A DNA stretch of 32,163 nt from Macrostomum lignano (Eukaryota): positions 1-32,163 of the forward strand of contig NIVC01004523.1 of assembly GCA_002269645.1 (NCBI GenBank), in the 5' to 3' direction. This document shows, in pieces, positions 1 to 17,990 of this stretch (the stretch's first letter is position 1; each line of letters starts with the position of its first letter). Position numbers and translations under genes: made by a program. The notes under the pieces were generated by a model that did not search any database, was not told the DNA's origin, and worked only from the letters and a program-made list of their open reading frames with translations.

Positions 1-610
1 TGAAGGATAGTAATACGCTCGTATTATGAGTACTGCGTTCCGTTCTAGAGTCTTAAGCTAGCATGAAATCATCATCATGAAGGCATCATGAAGGCATTTC
101 ATCGCCTTCAATCTACTGGAGAAACCGTTTTGGTCTACTGGAGTGTTCCTGTGCTCAAGTTGGCATCCTTTCACATTACCTTACCTCAGATGCCTCATAC
201 TCGTAGAGCCATTTAAACCCAAAAGATCAAACGCAAAAGATCAACTTTGGCCTTGCTCGAATTATTGTACTGAAAAGAATATGCGATATGCACAGTGCAA
301 GTATGAATTTGAAGTCACCCGTGTCAAAGTAGGTAGCTGCAAATTTGAAAAGAGAGTAAAAAAGACTGGAATGTCATAGCGGAGATTGTCAATGTGCATT
401 AACGTAGACTTCACGGCATAAATTGTTGCAACTGAAAAATTCGACTTGGGCGACGCGAAACTTTCTCGATCTTCTTATCATTTCCCGGCGCAATCATAGA
501 GGCCTTAAAAACTGAGCAGCAGAGTTTTGCTCTGAAAAAAAATTTCGTAAGCGTAAAGCTTTTTTTAGGCACATTCGCGCGGGAAACAACGGCACATGTT
601 GCATTAAGAT

Positions 611-3600
611 ATGCGGGATCGAGGACTTCAGTGGCAGCTGCTGCTGATCCTGGCCTGGCTGGCCTGCCTGGGCCACGCCAAGCTGAACGTCACCTTCCAG
701 CCCCACCCGATCATCGTCAAGACCGAAGGTCAATTTTCTGTGAACGTGACCGTGATGGTGAACGCATCTGACCCGGCAGTACCCGAGGGAGTTCTTCGCT
801 TCTCTATGAAGGATACGAGAGTTGCTCGGCTGCCGATGTCCAACGAGACATCCTATCCGTGTCGGGGAACTCTAGCCTCAGGGAAGAGCACCGATTTCAG
901 CTCACCATCCAGGGCGTGAGGCTCGGCTGGAGCGACCTGTTGATCTCCTTTGATACGAATGCGACAAAGAACTCCGAGCTGGACTACCTGATCAGCGACA
1001 GACAGCAAGTGACGGTCTTGCGGGACTCCTCGACAATTCAGAACATTTACCGCGGCATTCTCATCACTTTGGTCGTACTGCTAGTGATTGGAATGGGTTC
1101 CGCTATCGACTTGCGCATAGTGCTCAAGCTGCTCAAGCGGCCAGTGGGTCTCGCTGTGGGCTGGTTCACACAGTTCATTCTCATGCCCCATGTGAGCTTA
1201 TACTGTCATTTGAAAGTTCTAAACTCCTGGCATGTGAAAAATTTAGGCTACAAGACGTAGGCATCCCACGTTTCTAAGTACTTGCGCAAATGGAAAGCCA
1301 GTAGAAAAAAATTAATGAACACGAAAATTTTGCACATACGAACTTTTTTGGACCAGTGTACTAGCCACACAATATGACTCTGCTAGCTGAAACAAACTGG
1401 CTCAAACCATCACCGAAAGCTTCATCGTCTCGAACTATCAACTGATGTTCCGTGCGTAACATTTCTCGTCGGGGAACTTCCATTAGACAACTAAAGGCTG
1501 TTCAGTCCAAGGACTGGGGGTCGCCACACACACCCTCAATTACCCCAGCTAATGCCGGTACCATTTGGATACCAGCTGGATGAACTGAAGCAATGCGAGT
1601 TGAGTGTCTTGCTCTTGAAAAATTGACAGCTCGGTCTCGCAGTCGGTCAGCTGCTTCTGCTGGCAGTCAACGATCTGGACAATGCCGAAGCGTTCGCCTT
1701 CGGTATTCTAACACTGTCCTGCTCTCCTGGAGGCGGAAACAGCAACATGTGGACCCTACTGTTTGACGGCGATCTCGACCTCAGCATGACCATGACATTC
1801 GTCAGTCAGATTTCAGCAATGTGTGAGTAACTCAATCACCTTGTCACCGTGGATCTTCAAGTTGAGCTGCAGGTCTTTGTGATGAACTATTTTCTGGTTT
1901 TGAATCAGTGATTCCCAAAATGGTATCCTGTTTTTTACACTAATGCAAACATATTTTGAGGGTCTCATGTCTGAATAACCTTCTTAGCTGAGGTGTTACT
2001 TAATCTGTCTAAGCCAAGTAGTCACTTAGGCAAACTAAAACGAAAGTAAAACATGCCTTATATGAGAACCCAGGATGCTAAACAACACTTTTATTCGAAC
2101 GCAAGAAGCCTAGGGTTCAAACGAAATCAAATTTTACCGAAGCAGTTTTAGCAAGGAAGGACTACAAGAAGTTACGGTTGTATCGAGACGTAACACTAGC
2201 GTTCTAGGAGAATTCATCGATTTAAAATTATTGATGGTTAATTTATCGGTAGCTTCCAGCGCAACTTGGCTCTTTGGCTCAATTAACCTCTCACGAAAAT
2301 TGCAGTCATGATGCCTCTCTGGCTGTTTGCGTACAGCAGATTTTACATCGACAACGAGGCTCTGGTCCCGTACGACCAGGTGGCGCTGAACCTGCTGCAG
2401 CTGGTCATCCCGGTGGCTATTGGAGTTATCATCAAGCTCAAATGGCCCAAAGTTGCCCTCCGTATTACCCGCATTGTCAAGCCGTTCGCCCTTTTGTTCG
2501 TTCTGTTTGTAGTCGGCTTCGGTTCTTACGTCAACCTGTTCCTGTTCGAGCTGATTGGTAAGCTGTGCACACCTTCATGAATGCTAGCTGTATAGTCCAT
2601 GGGGTGTTGTACGAGCGTATATGAATAATTTATCTACTGTGCTCCGAAATGTCAGCTGACTTTAAGCTTTGAGTCAAGCGCCCTTTGATCTCATATAATT
2701 TTTTTAGTACACGTATAAGTTCGAAGTTGGCTGATCTCATATCTGCATAGCCTTATAGTTTCTGTCACGACGAACAACCGACGTATCCAAGCAGCGAGTG
2801 CACGAATTCAGACACCAGTTGCTGCCAGTGCAGTGCATGTAGATTGCGGCACGACATTTTCACTGTTTTCACTGTTATTACTGATAACAGTTTGTTTTGA
2901 AATTTGGAACTTTTACTTCGTTTAAATTCTATGCAAGAGCAATTTCCAGCATGGCCCTGATTAGTGCCATGCTGGAAAGGGACTGAGGCAAGTGATGTGT
3001 TAATACATTGTAGGAGGACGGAAAATTCGTTTCTTAGAAAAGTTTTTGGAAGCTGTGTTGGCCGAAAAATACACTACTGAGATGAGAAGTTTCCAATCTC
3101 GGTAAAAAAATAGCGATACTTTTTATGTGAAGCACATCAAACTCTCATAATTTAGCATAACTTGTCTGTGATATTGATCCTGTGACTTCTTGTTAAACTT
3201 TTTTGCGAGACTTACATAAAAAACGTTATAAAATTCCGAAGAGTTCCTATATCAGTAGTGTATTTTTTGCACACATCTAGCCCCAAAGTATTTTCTAAGA
3301 AATGACGTTTAAATTTCTACTAAAATCTTCTTGGTAAAAGTTCAAATGTCCAGAAGCACCTCATTCGGACCAAGACGAACAGTGTCGTGTTGCCTGCTAT
3401 CATACCATAGTTGCAGACAAGACCCAGGACGTACGTACTAAGAATTTAAAAAAACTTCATGATGAATCAGAAGCCAAGCAAATAAGCTCTCTACTTTGGT
3501 TTTTCGTTTTTACCATCACCCTGAGTTTCATCATCACTCGCAAAATCGAGTCTGCCGAATAGTTTTCTTTAAGAAGCGACTACCTGACCCGATCTTGTTG

Positions 3601-4086
3601 AACTTTCCAGTCCAAATCCCCATCATCATTCCGTTCGCGGCGCTCGTGCCCTGGCTTGGATTCCTGTTCGGATTTGTTGTCACCCTACTGCTGCAGCTCG
3701 GCCGCAAGCAGGCCGTGGCCATCGCCCTGGAGACCGGCATCCAGAATGTCGGCATCCCCATCCTGGTGCTGCAGTTCTCCATGCCGCAGCCAGACGGCAG
3801 TCTCGCAGCCATCGTGCCGCTCATCGTGGCCTTCGTTGACCCCGTGCCGCTGTACTTTCTGCTCGCTGGCAAACGGATTCGCGAGCGTATTCGAAGAAAA
3901 ACTCACTACAACACTGAGGGCAAGGCGCAGCAGGCTGACGTGGAAGTTGCCGGGCTGGAAGGCGACGGTGATGGCGTCAAGGCCGCTGGTCTGAAAAGCG
4001 GCAACGCGGTGGATCTGTCCGAGTACGGCCAGGTTCAGCGCGTCCATGTTGCCGAAACCACATCAGTAGCTTCTAAGGAAAACTGA
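611..4086 (+). CDS. SLC10: SLC10 (sodium/bile-acid symporter family) transporter, copy 1, with signal peptide and N-terminal ectodomain (SLC10A3/A5-like architecture); 1-nt frameshift in exon 1 (pseudogene or assembly error)
   Basis: Exons 611-1191, 1630-1822, 2306-2557 and 3611-4086, all GT-AG, phases 0/1/1. Motifs QFILMP, LSCSPGGGNSN, MMPLW and ALETGIQN are typical of SLC10. The hydrophobic leader is MRDRGLQWQLLLILAWLACLGHA. Exon 1 is 581 nt: CCGTGTCGGGG versus CCGTGGTCGGGG in copy 2 shows one G missing at ~861. Restoring it gives ~500 aa. Confidence 0.88.
1496..1614 (+). repeat. SINE-like dispersed repeat fragment in intron 1 of SLC10 copy 1
   Basis: GGCTGTTCAGTCCAAGGACTGGGG...CACACCCTCAATTACC..AGCTAA is shared with 18510-18583. 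The continuation (GGTACCATTT..CAGCTGG..GAACTGAAGCAA..GAGTGTCTTGC) resembles common invertebrate SINE bodies. The family assignment is by resemblance only. Confidence 0.6.
2943..2978. repeat. Perfect 13-bp inverted repeat (hairpin) with a 10-nt loop in intron 3 of SLC10 copy 1
   Basis: TTTCCAGCATGGC (2943-2955) / GCCATGCTGGAAA (2966-2978). Confidence 0.8.
3030..3302. mobile_element. Degraded inverted-repeat (MITE-like) element in intron 3 of SLC10 copy 1
   Basis: TTTCTTAGAAAA (3030-3041) pairs with TTTTCTAAGAAA (3291-3302). AAAAATACACTACTGA (~3065-3080) pairs with TCAGTAGTGTATTTTT (~3252-3267). The two pairs are collinear within ~52-bp arms. No target-site duplication is recognisable. Confidence 0.45.
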
Positions 4087-4501
4087 CGCTGGTTGTTCAA
4101 TGAAAACGAATATTCTTTTTTTACCATTTTACCTTGAGATTCAGTCAGTATTTTGCACTATGCACTGCACCTTTACGTCCGATGTACTGTATGTATAGGA
4201 AATCATTGCTCTGACTTCCCGCTATCAGTCTATTACGAGCGTATTTTGTGATAAAAACGGTTCATAAAGTGTAAAAAAATACTGAAGGATTTTTAAAGCA
4301 AAATAAAACTCTGGACTTCATAAGACCGATACTTCAGTCGGTCTTACCTTAAACAATGGCAAATTTTTTGTAGAGGAAAGCGTTAGCTTAATTGAGTTTG
4401 ACAGAAACTCAAACTGAACGGTGAACAGTCATATTCGTCATGTAAACCAACTGCGTGGGTTTATTAGCATCAACGCTTGAATTTTTTAAATATTTAGCTA
4501 C

Positions 4502-4922
4502 TTTGACTCAGCTGCCGGGGGCTCCGGGCATCCGGATACAGCGGGGAGGCGTCGCCGCCCATTCCGCTACCCCTTGGCGACCACGGGCAGCTCAGGGAGA
4601 TCCGGTGTTGCTGGTGTACGCAGCACCGTCTCCCTCCAGAGAGTTCAGGAGGTGAATGGTCGCTCGCCCGGTAGCCCTCAGGTTGCGGACGAGCTAGCCT
4701 GAAAACCTCCGCAAGGTCCGGGTTTGGGCCGAGGTAGGTGAGCCTGTCCTAAGTAAAGGCGGGGCATTCACAGATGAAGGGCATTCCTCGCTACCGATTT
4801 TCACTGGAGTTGACGATGCCTGGCAAAACAGCCATGTTCCGAGCGAGCCCATGGTCACCGGCCTGATGTCCCTGTGGTTGAGTCCAAGCAGGGCTCTGCG
4901 AATGGCGGGGAAAATACAATAC
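4502..4922 (+). mobile_element. Non-LTR retroelement insertion (5'-truncated LINE end or SINE) with a 13-bp target-site duplication
   Basis: A GC-rich 421-bp block in AT-rich intergenic DNA. It is flanked by AATATTTAGCTAC at 4489-4501 and 4923-4935 and ends in a short-repeat tail (AAAATACAATAC). Confidence 0.75.
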
Positions 4923-5528
4923 AATATTTAGCTACAGAATGGGATATGCGTCTCGCTGCTGCTGCGATGCTGCAGGTGTGAGAGTGAGTTATAAGTCTCT
5001 GTGTGTTTTGTACGCTTTGTAACTTCAAGAAAGTTAGCCCGGTTCATTAAAAATTTAAAATCTTTTTTAACCAGAACGATTTTGTTTTTCAGTTCAACGC
5101 CTGTATCTCGCGTCTCGCCCTGACAAATCAAAACAATTAAAAATGTCAATTGAATCAGACTCTTCACACCGAAAACGAACACAGTCCACACTGTATATTT
5201 CGTGCGCTAGAATGCGGTGGTACATACAGATATGCATTTTCTCTGTCAGAAAAGCGAAAGCAACAAAAGTTTTCTACTTATCTGATATGAAATAATATTA
5301 AAAATGTTAGAGAGAAGGACAGATTAGAATGTTCACTGAGGCTGAGAAACACTTTCTCATTCTCCTATCGCTATTTGAAGACGTGCCTAAGCAACAACCA
5401 GGGCCAGGCAAAGGTGGGGGAGCATTCTCAATTTGAGCAAGGCTCTATTTAAGTTCAAGCCTGTGGTTAAGAAATTTTCTTAAGAGAAGCCAAAGCTTTG
5501 AGACGGCAACTCGGCACAGGCCTAGCAC

Positions 5529-8500
5529 ATGATGCTCAATCAAGGACTTCAATACCAGCTCTTACTAGCTATTGGCTGCTTGGCTTGCTTTAGCCATGCC
5601 AAACTAAACATTTCCTTCCAGCCCCACCCGATCATTCTGATGACCGAACAACGGCTCGTTGTGAACGTGACAGTGAGTGTGACAGATCCGGTGGTTCAAC
5701 AGGGAGTTCTTCGCTTCGCTTTGAACGACCTGAAAGTCGCTCGGCTGACTAACGAGACATCCTATCCGTGGTCGGGGAACTCTAGCGTCGGGGAAGAGCA
5801 CCGATTTCAGCTCACCATCCAGGGCGTGAGGCTCGGCTGGAGCGACCTGTTGATCTCCTTCGATACGAATGCGACAAAGAACTCCGAGCTGGACTACCTG
5901 ATCAGCGACAATGAGCAAGTGGCTGTGCTGCAAACTCCAAATGCGCTCCAGTCTGTCTATCGGGGCATCCTGATCGCCTTTGTCATCGTTATTGTGTTTG
6001 GAATGGGCTGCACCATCGATCTGAATGTTGTGATCAAGCTGCTGAAACGACCAGTAGGCCTCGCGGTTGGATGGTTCACGCAGTTTATTCTGATGCCTCA
6101 CGTAAGCTTTAAAAAACGTCGCTAGTAATCACCCCGAAATCCATCACATTCGATAGAAATTGAGTGGCTTCACTGAGATCTTGATCGATTTCAATTCTTG
6201 CAAGCGATTGAGTTCTCATTTACGCACTACTTCGTTCTGTTACTTTCCCGATCGGCACTGAAAGTTCAGATCCCAAACGTAGGCAGTGCATAAGTCATAC
6301 TACGAGCTACGTAAATCAAAGCGCTTAAATGCTTTCTGACGCCTTTTTACCCCAGGAATAGGTAGTATAGTTGTATTTACAGTTTTAGGGACCATGAGCA
6401 GCCACAACAAAGCCATAGATCTCAAGGGGCCGTATGCAGAAAGCTCTGTCTAGGGTAGTCCGGTCTTGAAAAGCCAGTCCAGACTTGGATTTGGTATGCA
6501 GAAACACAAAGTCAGACCGGTCTACTATAGACAGAAGTAGGGTAGCTAGACCATAGATCATAGACTGAACTACCCAGTCAGTCCGGACTAGCTAGTCTAT
6601 ACTAGGCTTTCTGCATACGGCCCAAGGTATACGAGCTACTTTGAACTGAACCACAAAGTCTTCTGACTCGTGCTCACCCGATAATTTGACAGCTGGGTCT
6701 CGCAGTCGGTCAGGTGCTGCTTCTGCTGGTACAGGACCTGGACAACGCGAGCGCGTTCGCCTGCGGTATTCTTACACTGTCCTGCTCGCCAGGCGGAGGA
6801 AGCAGCAACATGTGGACCCTGCTATTCGACGGCGACCTCGACCTCAGCATGACCATGACCTTTGTCAGCCAGGTGTGCGCCATGTGTAAGTACCAGACAC
6901 TTTAGAAACTTTATATTGAGTGCATTGTACCGATCAACTCTGAACTTTTCCATCCGCATCTCTAATGCTAAATTAGTAGGAAAAAAACTGAGCATATGCT
7001 TTCAAACGATTGCAGTCATGATGCCTCTCTGGCTGTTCGCGTACACTAGATTCTACATCAGCAACGAGACCAGGATCCCCTACGACCAGGTAGCGCTGAA
7101 CCTGCTGCAGCTGGTCATCCCGGTGACGTTGGGCGTGCTGGTCAAGCTGAAGTGGCCCAAGATTGCCCATCGCCTGTCGCGAAGCATCAAGCCGCTCGCC
7201 CTGCTGTTCGTGCTGTTCATAATCGGATTCGGCACTTACATTAACCTGTACCTGTTTGAGCTGATTGGTGAGTCTGTCACAAAGTCTGCTTTTTTAGATT
7301 AGAATTTTTACACCATGAACAGCCAGATGTCCCTCGAACTCCTGGTGTTTCCTGTATAATTCTTGAGATTATTTCTCCAATATCGAGAAGGCCCTGGAAA
7401 AAATGCAAGGTAAAGATTTTTTATCTGAGGAACACCTTCAACTGTAACCTTCGTTGCCACAGTGAAACAGTCTCGCTTGGAAGTGGACCGTGCTGGAACG
7501 CAATTGGGAAGAAGCCAATAAATTTTTAATAGACTGATAAATAACTGACCAAAACTAATCCAGCCAGCCATCGCACCTAAAGTTGGAAATTTTCTGTGAT
7601 TAATAAGAGGAGAACTGGTTCAGATAGGAAAATGCCAAACGCTTTGCTTTGTGGCACTGATAAGGCCTGTATAGGCAAACTGTCTTTGCAAAAGAAATTT
7701 CACTGGCTACTAGCTTATAAGAATAGTTCAGATGCGCAATTACAGCGTCTGTCACCTGAGTCACCTGCAAGCATAGGAATTTTCTTATCAGCAACTGAGC
7801 TGCCATGCTCATCAAGCCCCGGGAGCAACGATAGCGAAGCGAAAAAATCTTTTCATAAATTTTATTCGGTCATCAAGGCATTCGAATAGTCGAAAAATAC
7901 AAAATAGAAAATTTTCATGGCTACTTTTGAGGTTCAGACAATTTCAGCAGACAGAATTCAACGGACTATATGGCCTGTTTTTTCGTGACAGAAAAAATCA
8001 CTAAAGTCCCGGGTTTTGATTGAGATGTTCCGTGAAGAAATCAGTCAACCTTCGCAGGGATCCAGGAAAGCAAGGAAAGAAACCTTACTGCAAATACAGA
8101 GCGTCGCTGTGATCAAATTTCAGCTCAACTGCCGATTATTATTCCATTCGCCGCTCTGCTGCCCTGGCTTGGATTCCTGTTTGGCTACACCGTGGCCATT
8201 ATAATGCGACTCGGCCGCAAGCAGGCCATCGCCATCGCCCTGGAGGCCGGCATCCAGAATATCGGCATCCCGATCCTGGTGCTGCAGTTCTCCATGCCGC
8301 AGCCGGACGGTAGCCTCGCAGCCATCGTGCCGCTCATCGTTGTCCTAGTCACCCCCATGCCGCTCTACTTCCTGCTGGCTGGCAAGAAGATTCGCGAGCG
8401 CTTCTCGCGCGACAGTCAGTACGAGCTGGATGGCGAGGGCGGCGGCGAGGACTCCGTCGATGCAACTGCCGTGACAAACGACGCCTTCAAACAAGAGGGT

Positions 8501-8596
8501 CTGAAGAGTGGCCTCACTGTGGACCTGACGGAGCACAACCAGCACATTCAGCACAAGTCCACCGAGAACTTAGTCGACTTGGAGAGGAAGTTTTGA
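5529..8596 (+). CDS. SLC10: SLC10 family transporter, copy 2, intact, ~496 aa
   Basis: Exons 5529-6101, 6693-6885, 7016-7267 and 8124-8596 (1491 nt, open frame). Intron positions, phases and exon 2/3 lengths (193, 252 nt) match copy 1. Motifs QFILMP, SPGGGSSN and ALEAGIQN are present. Confidence 0.92.
6427..6623. mobile_element. MITE, probably PIF/Harbinger-type, in intron 1 of SLC10 copy 2
   Basis: Perfect 18-bp TIRs GGGCCGTATGCAGAAAGC (6427-6444) / GCTTTCTGCATACGGCCC (6606-6623), flanked by AAG on both sides. An alternative reading is 17-bp TIRs with CAAGG duplicated. There is no coding capacity. Confidence 0.75.
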
Positions 8597-9069
8597 AGAG
8601 CTTTGCAGATTTGATGAGTGGCACGAAAGTTGTCGAATGCGCAATTACGAGTATTTAACGACAACACCGGGTATTGTCCTATAAATCCTCAAAAAATACT
8701 GGGAAAAATACAAAATCTGTGCAAAATAGAATGCATTAAACCTGTTGACTAAATTTTGCTTAAAAATTCGTACAATGCATTCGAACTGAATGGTTTTTCA
8801 TGAGAACACTTACAACACTGTATTAGTACTGTAGTACGAACAAAGCTAAATTAAAAAAAAGATTTTAATGAAATAAACATGCCAATTTGTTGATAACCTA
8901 TGCGTTGATTACAGTAAAAATGATATTTGTTTGTTTGGTTTCTGCTTGTGTTTTTCGGCATCTTTAACAAAAACACGTTCATTCGCACCGGTTCTGACTG
9001 TATTAAACCTTATGATCAAGCCTAATCAGAATAAGTTTAAGCTGGAATAGTCTACAAAATAAAAGATTG

Positions 9070-15554
<6,485 letters not shown>

Positions 15555-16089
15555 TGCCTTCAGCGGATCTTTCGAAGAAGAAATCGTTGTCTGTTTTACC
15601 TTCTTGTTTTAGCTCGTGAGGCTGCGAATGAAAAAATGAATAAGTGAAAAATACTTTTGAATGGAGCGGAATTGTAAATGGGCAAGTGTCGTCATTTTAT
15701 GAACTGCTGCAAGGGAAGCCACAGCACTTATCTCTCGAATTGCATTCGGATGGCGCAATCCGTGAAAATGAGTGCCTTCGAGCCTAGCGCTGACCTATAT
15801 GTTAGCCCTGTTAGGGCTTTTGTTTATCTAATCTATACCCAGAATACGCTGGGCTACAACACTTTAGACCTGGAGTAAAACCACTGTGTGCTGTATTTTA
15901 AACTCTAAAGGTATCATTCTGACACAGTTTTGCAGTGCATGCATGTGTATTGCAAACGCATTAAAACTTTTCGATTTAGTAGTTATTGAACTGCGGGCGC
16001 AGTGATTCATTTGAATGGAATAGGAATAATTTACTGAGAAAACAAGGGGAGTTACAATATTCAAATCAAAAGCAAGCGCAAGTATAAAT

Positions 16090-17990
16090 TAATGTCCGTC
16101 TCTCAAGGCATGGTGTTGTCACCGGGCTCACAGGCTGCAACAGCCCACGTTTGAAAAGCTCTTCTGCCGAAGTCTCTAGATGGTCGAGTTGAAGTCGTCG
16201 ACGTCAAGACTTGGACGCGCATCCACTTGAAATGACCATTTAGGACTACAAGGAGCATCTCGCCCTCCATAGAGCCTCAAAATCGAGTTAAAGGCGGGAC
16301 TAGGGCCCTTCCGGCTACGGCCACAGGTGCAGCGAAACCGGTGCCGGTGGCGTCAGCAGCTTCCGGCAGTCGGGTTACGCACTGGTGAGTTGCTCGTTGA
16401 CTGATGGCTGTATGACTTGAACGGCTTCACGCCATACATGACTGCAAGGGCCTCCTTGTCCAAACTGGAATCGTGCAACGATTTAGCAACGAGCGTGGAG
16501 CAAGAGCGAACGGCTCGTCGATACCTTCGACTCAATGACTACAGGACCGCTCCGATACGTAGGATGATGCGTCGCAATCGAGTAGCAACGGCTTCTTGTC
16601 GTCAAAATGTGCGAGGACTGGCGCCTTGCGGTGCAGTCGTTGCAGCAGCTCCAGCTTCAATGATTGGTTGGACATAAAGTTCCCGAAATAGTTGACTATT
16701 TTATGGAACTTGCGGAGCTGCGTCACGTCCTGTGATGTCACGTCACGTGGGTGATGGCTCAAACGTTGTCCGGCAGCAGATGCAGACTGGAGGAGTCGAT
16801 CTTTGCGCCCAGGTAGCAAACGCTATTCTGCTTGAAGTCGCACTTGCTCAGGCCCCAGCGCGATCTGCTCTGACGCAACCTCTGCAGCACCAACCTCTGC
16901 AGAATGCAGGTAACTCTCGTCGTTGACGTCGGTGACCATCAGATCGTTCATAAAGCAGCCGATATGGGAAATCGACTGCAGCAGGCTCTCCGTATGGCAG
17001 GAGAAATTTCGAACCGCAGGCGGGTGTAGCGCAGCAGACACTGCAATGTTCAAGAGGAAACTGAGAATAGGCCTGCGACAAGCTGAGCTTTGTAATTTTT
17101 TTCCGCGGGCCAGCTTAGCAAAAGCTCAACTATCCGTAGCAACGGATTTTCTTCCGGCTCAACGCTGACATTGACCGACTGCTCGGCATTAGATGCGAAT
17201 CGAACCATCCGACTTGAGAACCAGCACAAACGGTAAAGCTTAGTCCGAGCTTTTGACTTGCTCGAACACACCTTGATTAATTTTCTTGTCGAGCTGAGTC
17301 TCCGCTCTGGCCTTGAGTGCGAATGGAACGCTGCGTGCTATGAAAAATTGAGGCCTGGTATGGGCCCTCCTATGCAGCTGCACGGACGGTCCATTGTAAC
17401 TTGCCGAGCCGGTTGATCAGGCCAAGGATCCTGGGTTCTCGCTGTCCTTTCGCATCTGCTTGTTGTCAGTCCCAATCGATCAGCCTCCTGCCGCTAGCAC
17501 CCGAACGGTGACTCTGCCGAGCAAGGACCAGCTCCCCAGAGTACGCGCGAAGCTGTGCGTTGGCAGGCTAAAGTTTAGGCGAACCCCGAAAAACTGATCG
17601 AAAGGTGTCTGATGATGTAAGCGAGATGGACGCACTGGTGTCAATCTCCATGCAAACGAGCGCGCCTTTGATGTAGACCGTGGTCTTGATTGCGGAATCT
17701 TTCCTCTCCGTTTAGCAATGACATGCAGTGAGTTGGCTACCTCTCAACCCTCAACTGTCGCACCGAGGGATTTGCGCAACAACTAGCCGCTGTTGGCGAC
17801 TTGCAGGAGGCAGCAGCTGTGTGGCCTAGCTTAGAACAGTTGCAGTACTTCTTGTAGGCAAAAGGACAATTCGCCGCTACATGCTGGCTGCGACAGGTCC
17901 TGGAAGCAGCGCTTGACCGTCGTTGGTTGCTTGGCAATCTGGATTCTGGAGGACCTCCTAGCTAGCAGATTTGAAGAAAAGAAGAAAAAT
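16090..17990 (-). mobile_element. Decayed, internally deleted Ty3/gypsy LTR-retrotransposon gag-pol remnant
   Basis: Domain remnants appear in gypsy order on -: Zn-knuckle (NCSKLGHTAAASC, ~17800-17900), protease (MEIDTSASIS, ~17630-17655), RT (LSQAYSQ..; HIGCFMNDLMVT; VTQLRKF..VNYFGNF), RNase H (LLLDCDASSY; DKEALAVMYGVK), integrase N-core (MEGEMLLVVLNGHFKWMRV..TSTTS, ~16190-16270). Many frameshifts; no LTRs found. Confidence 0.85.

Noticed and set aside
14-24. Recurring TACGAG/CTCGTA motif in non-coding DNA (e.g. 14-24, ~2610, ~4235, ~18231, ~20297)
   Set aside because: Too short to judge without a genome-wide k-mer background, and shows no consistent spacing or position relative to genes.
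143-379. 78-aa ORF upstream of SLC10 copy 1 (likewise 7596-7889, 18592-18846 and other short intronic or intergenic ORFs)
   Set aside because: Non-ATG starts, AT-rich composition, no motifs or splice support.
4455-4924. ORFs 4455-4655 (+) and 4694-4924 (-)
   Set aside because: They lie within the TSD-flanked insertion and have no recognisable protein motif.
16040-16060. AAGGGGAG purine tract as the gypsy PPT/LTR boundary
   Set aside because: It is on the wrong strand for the minus-oriented element, and no paired LTR was found.
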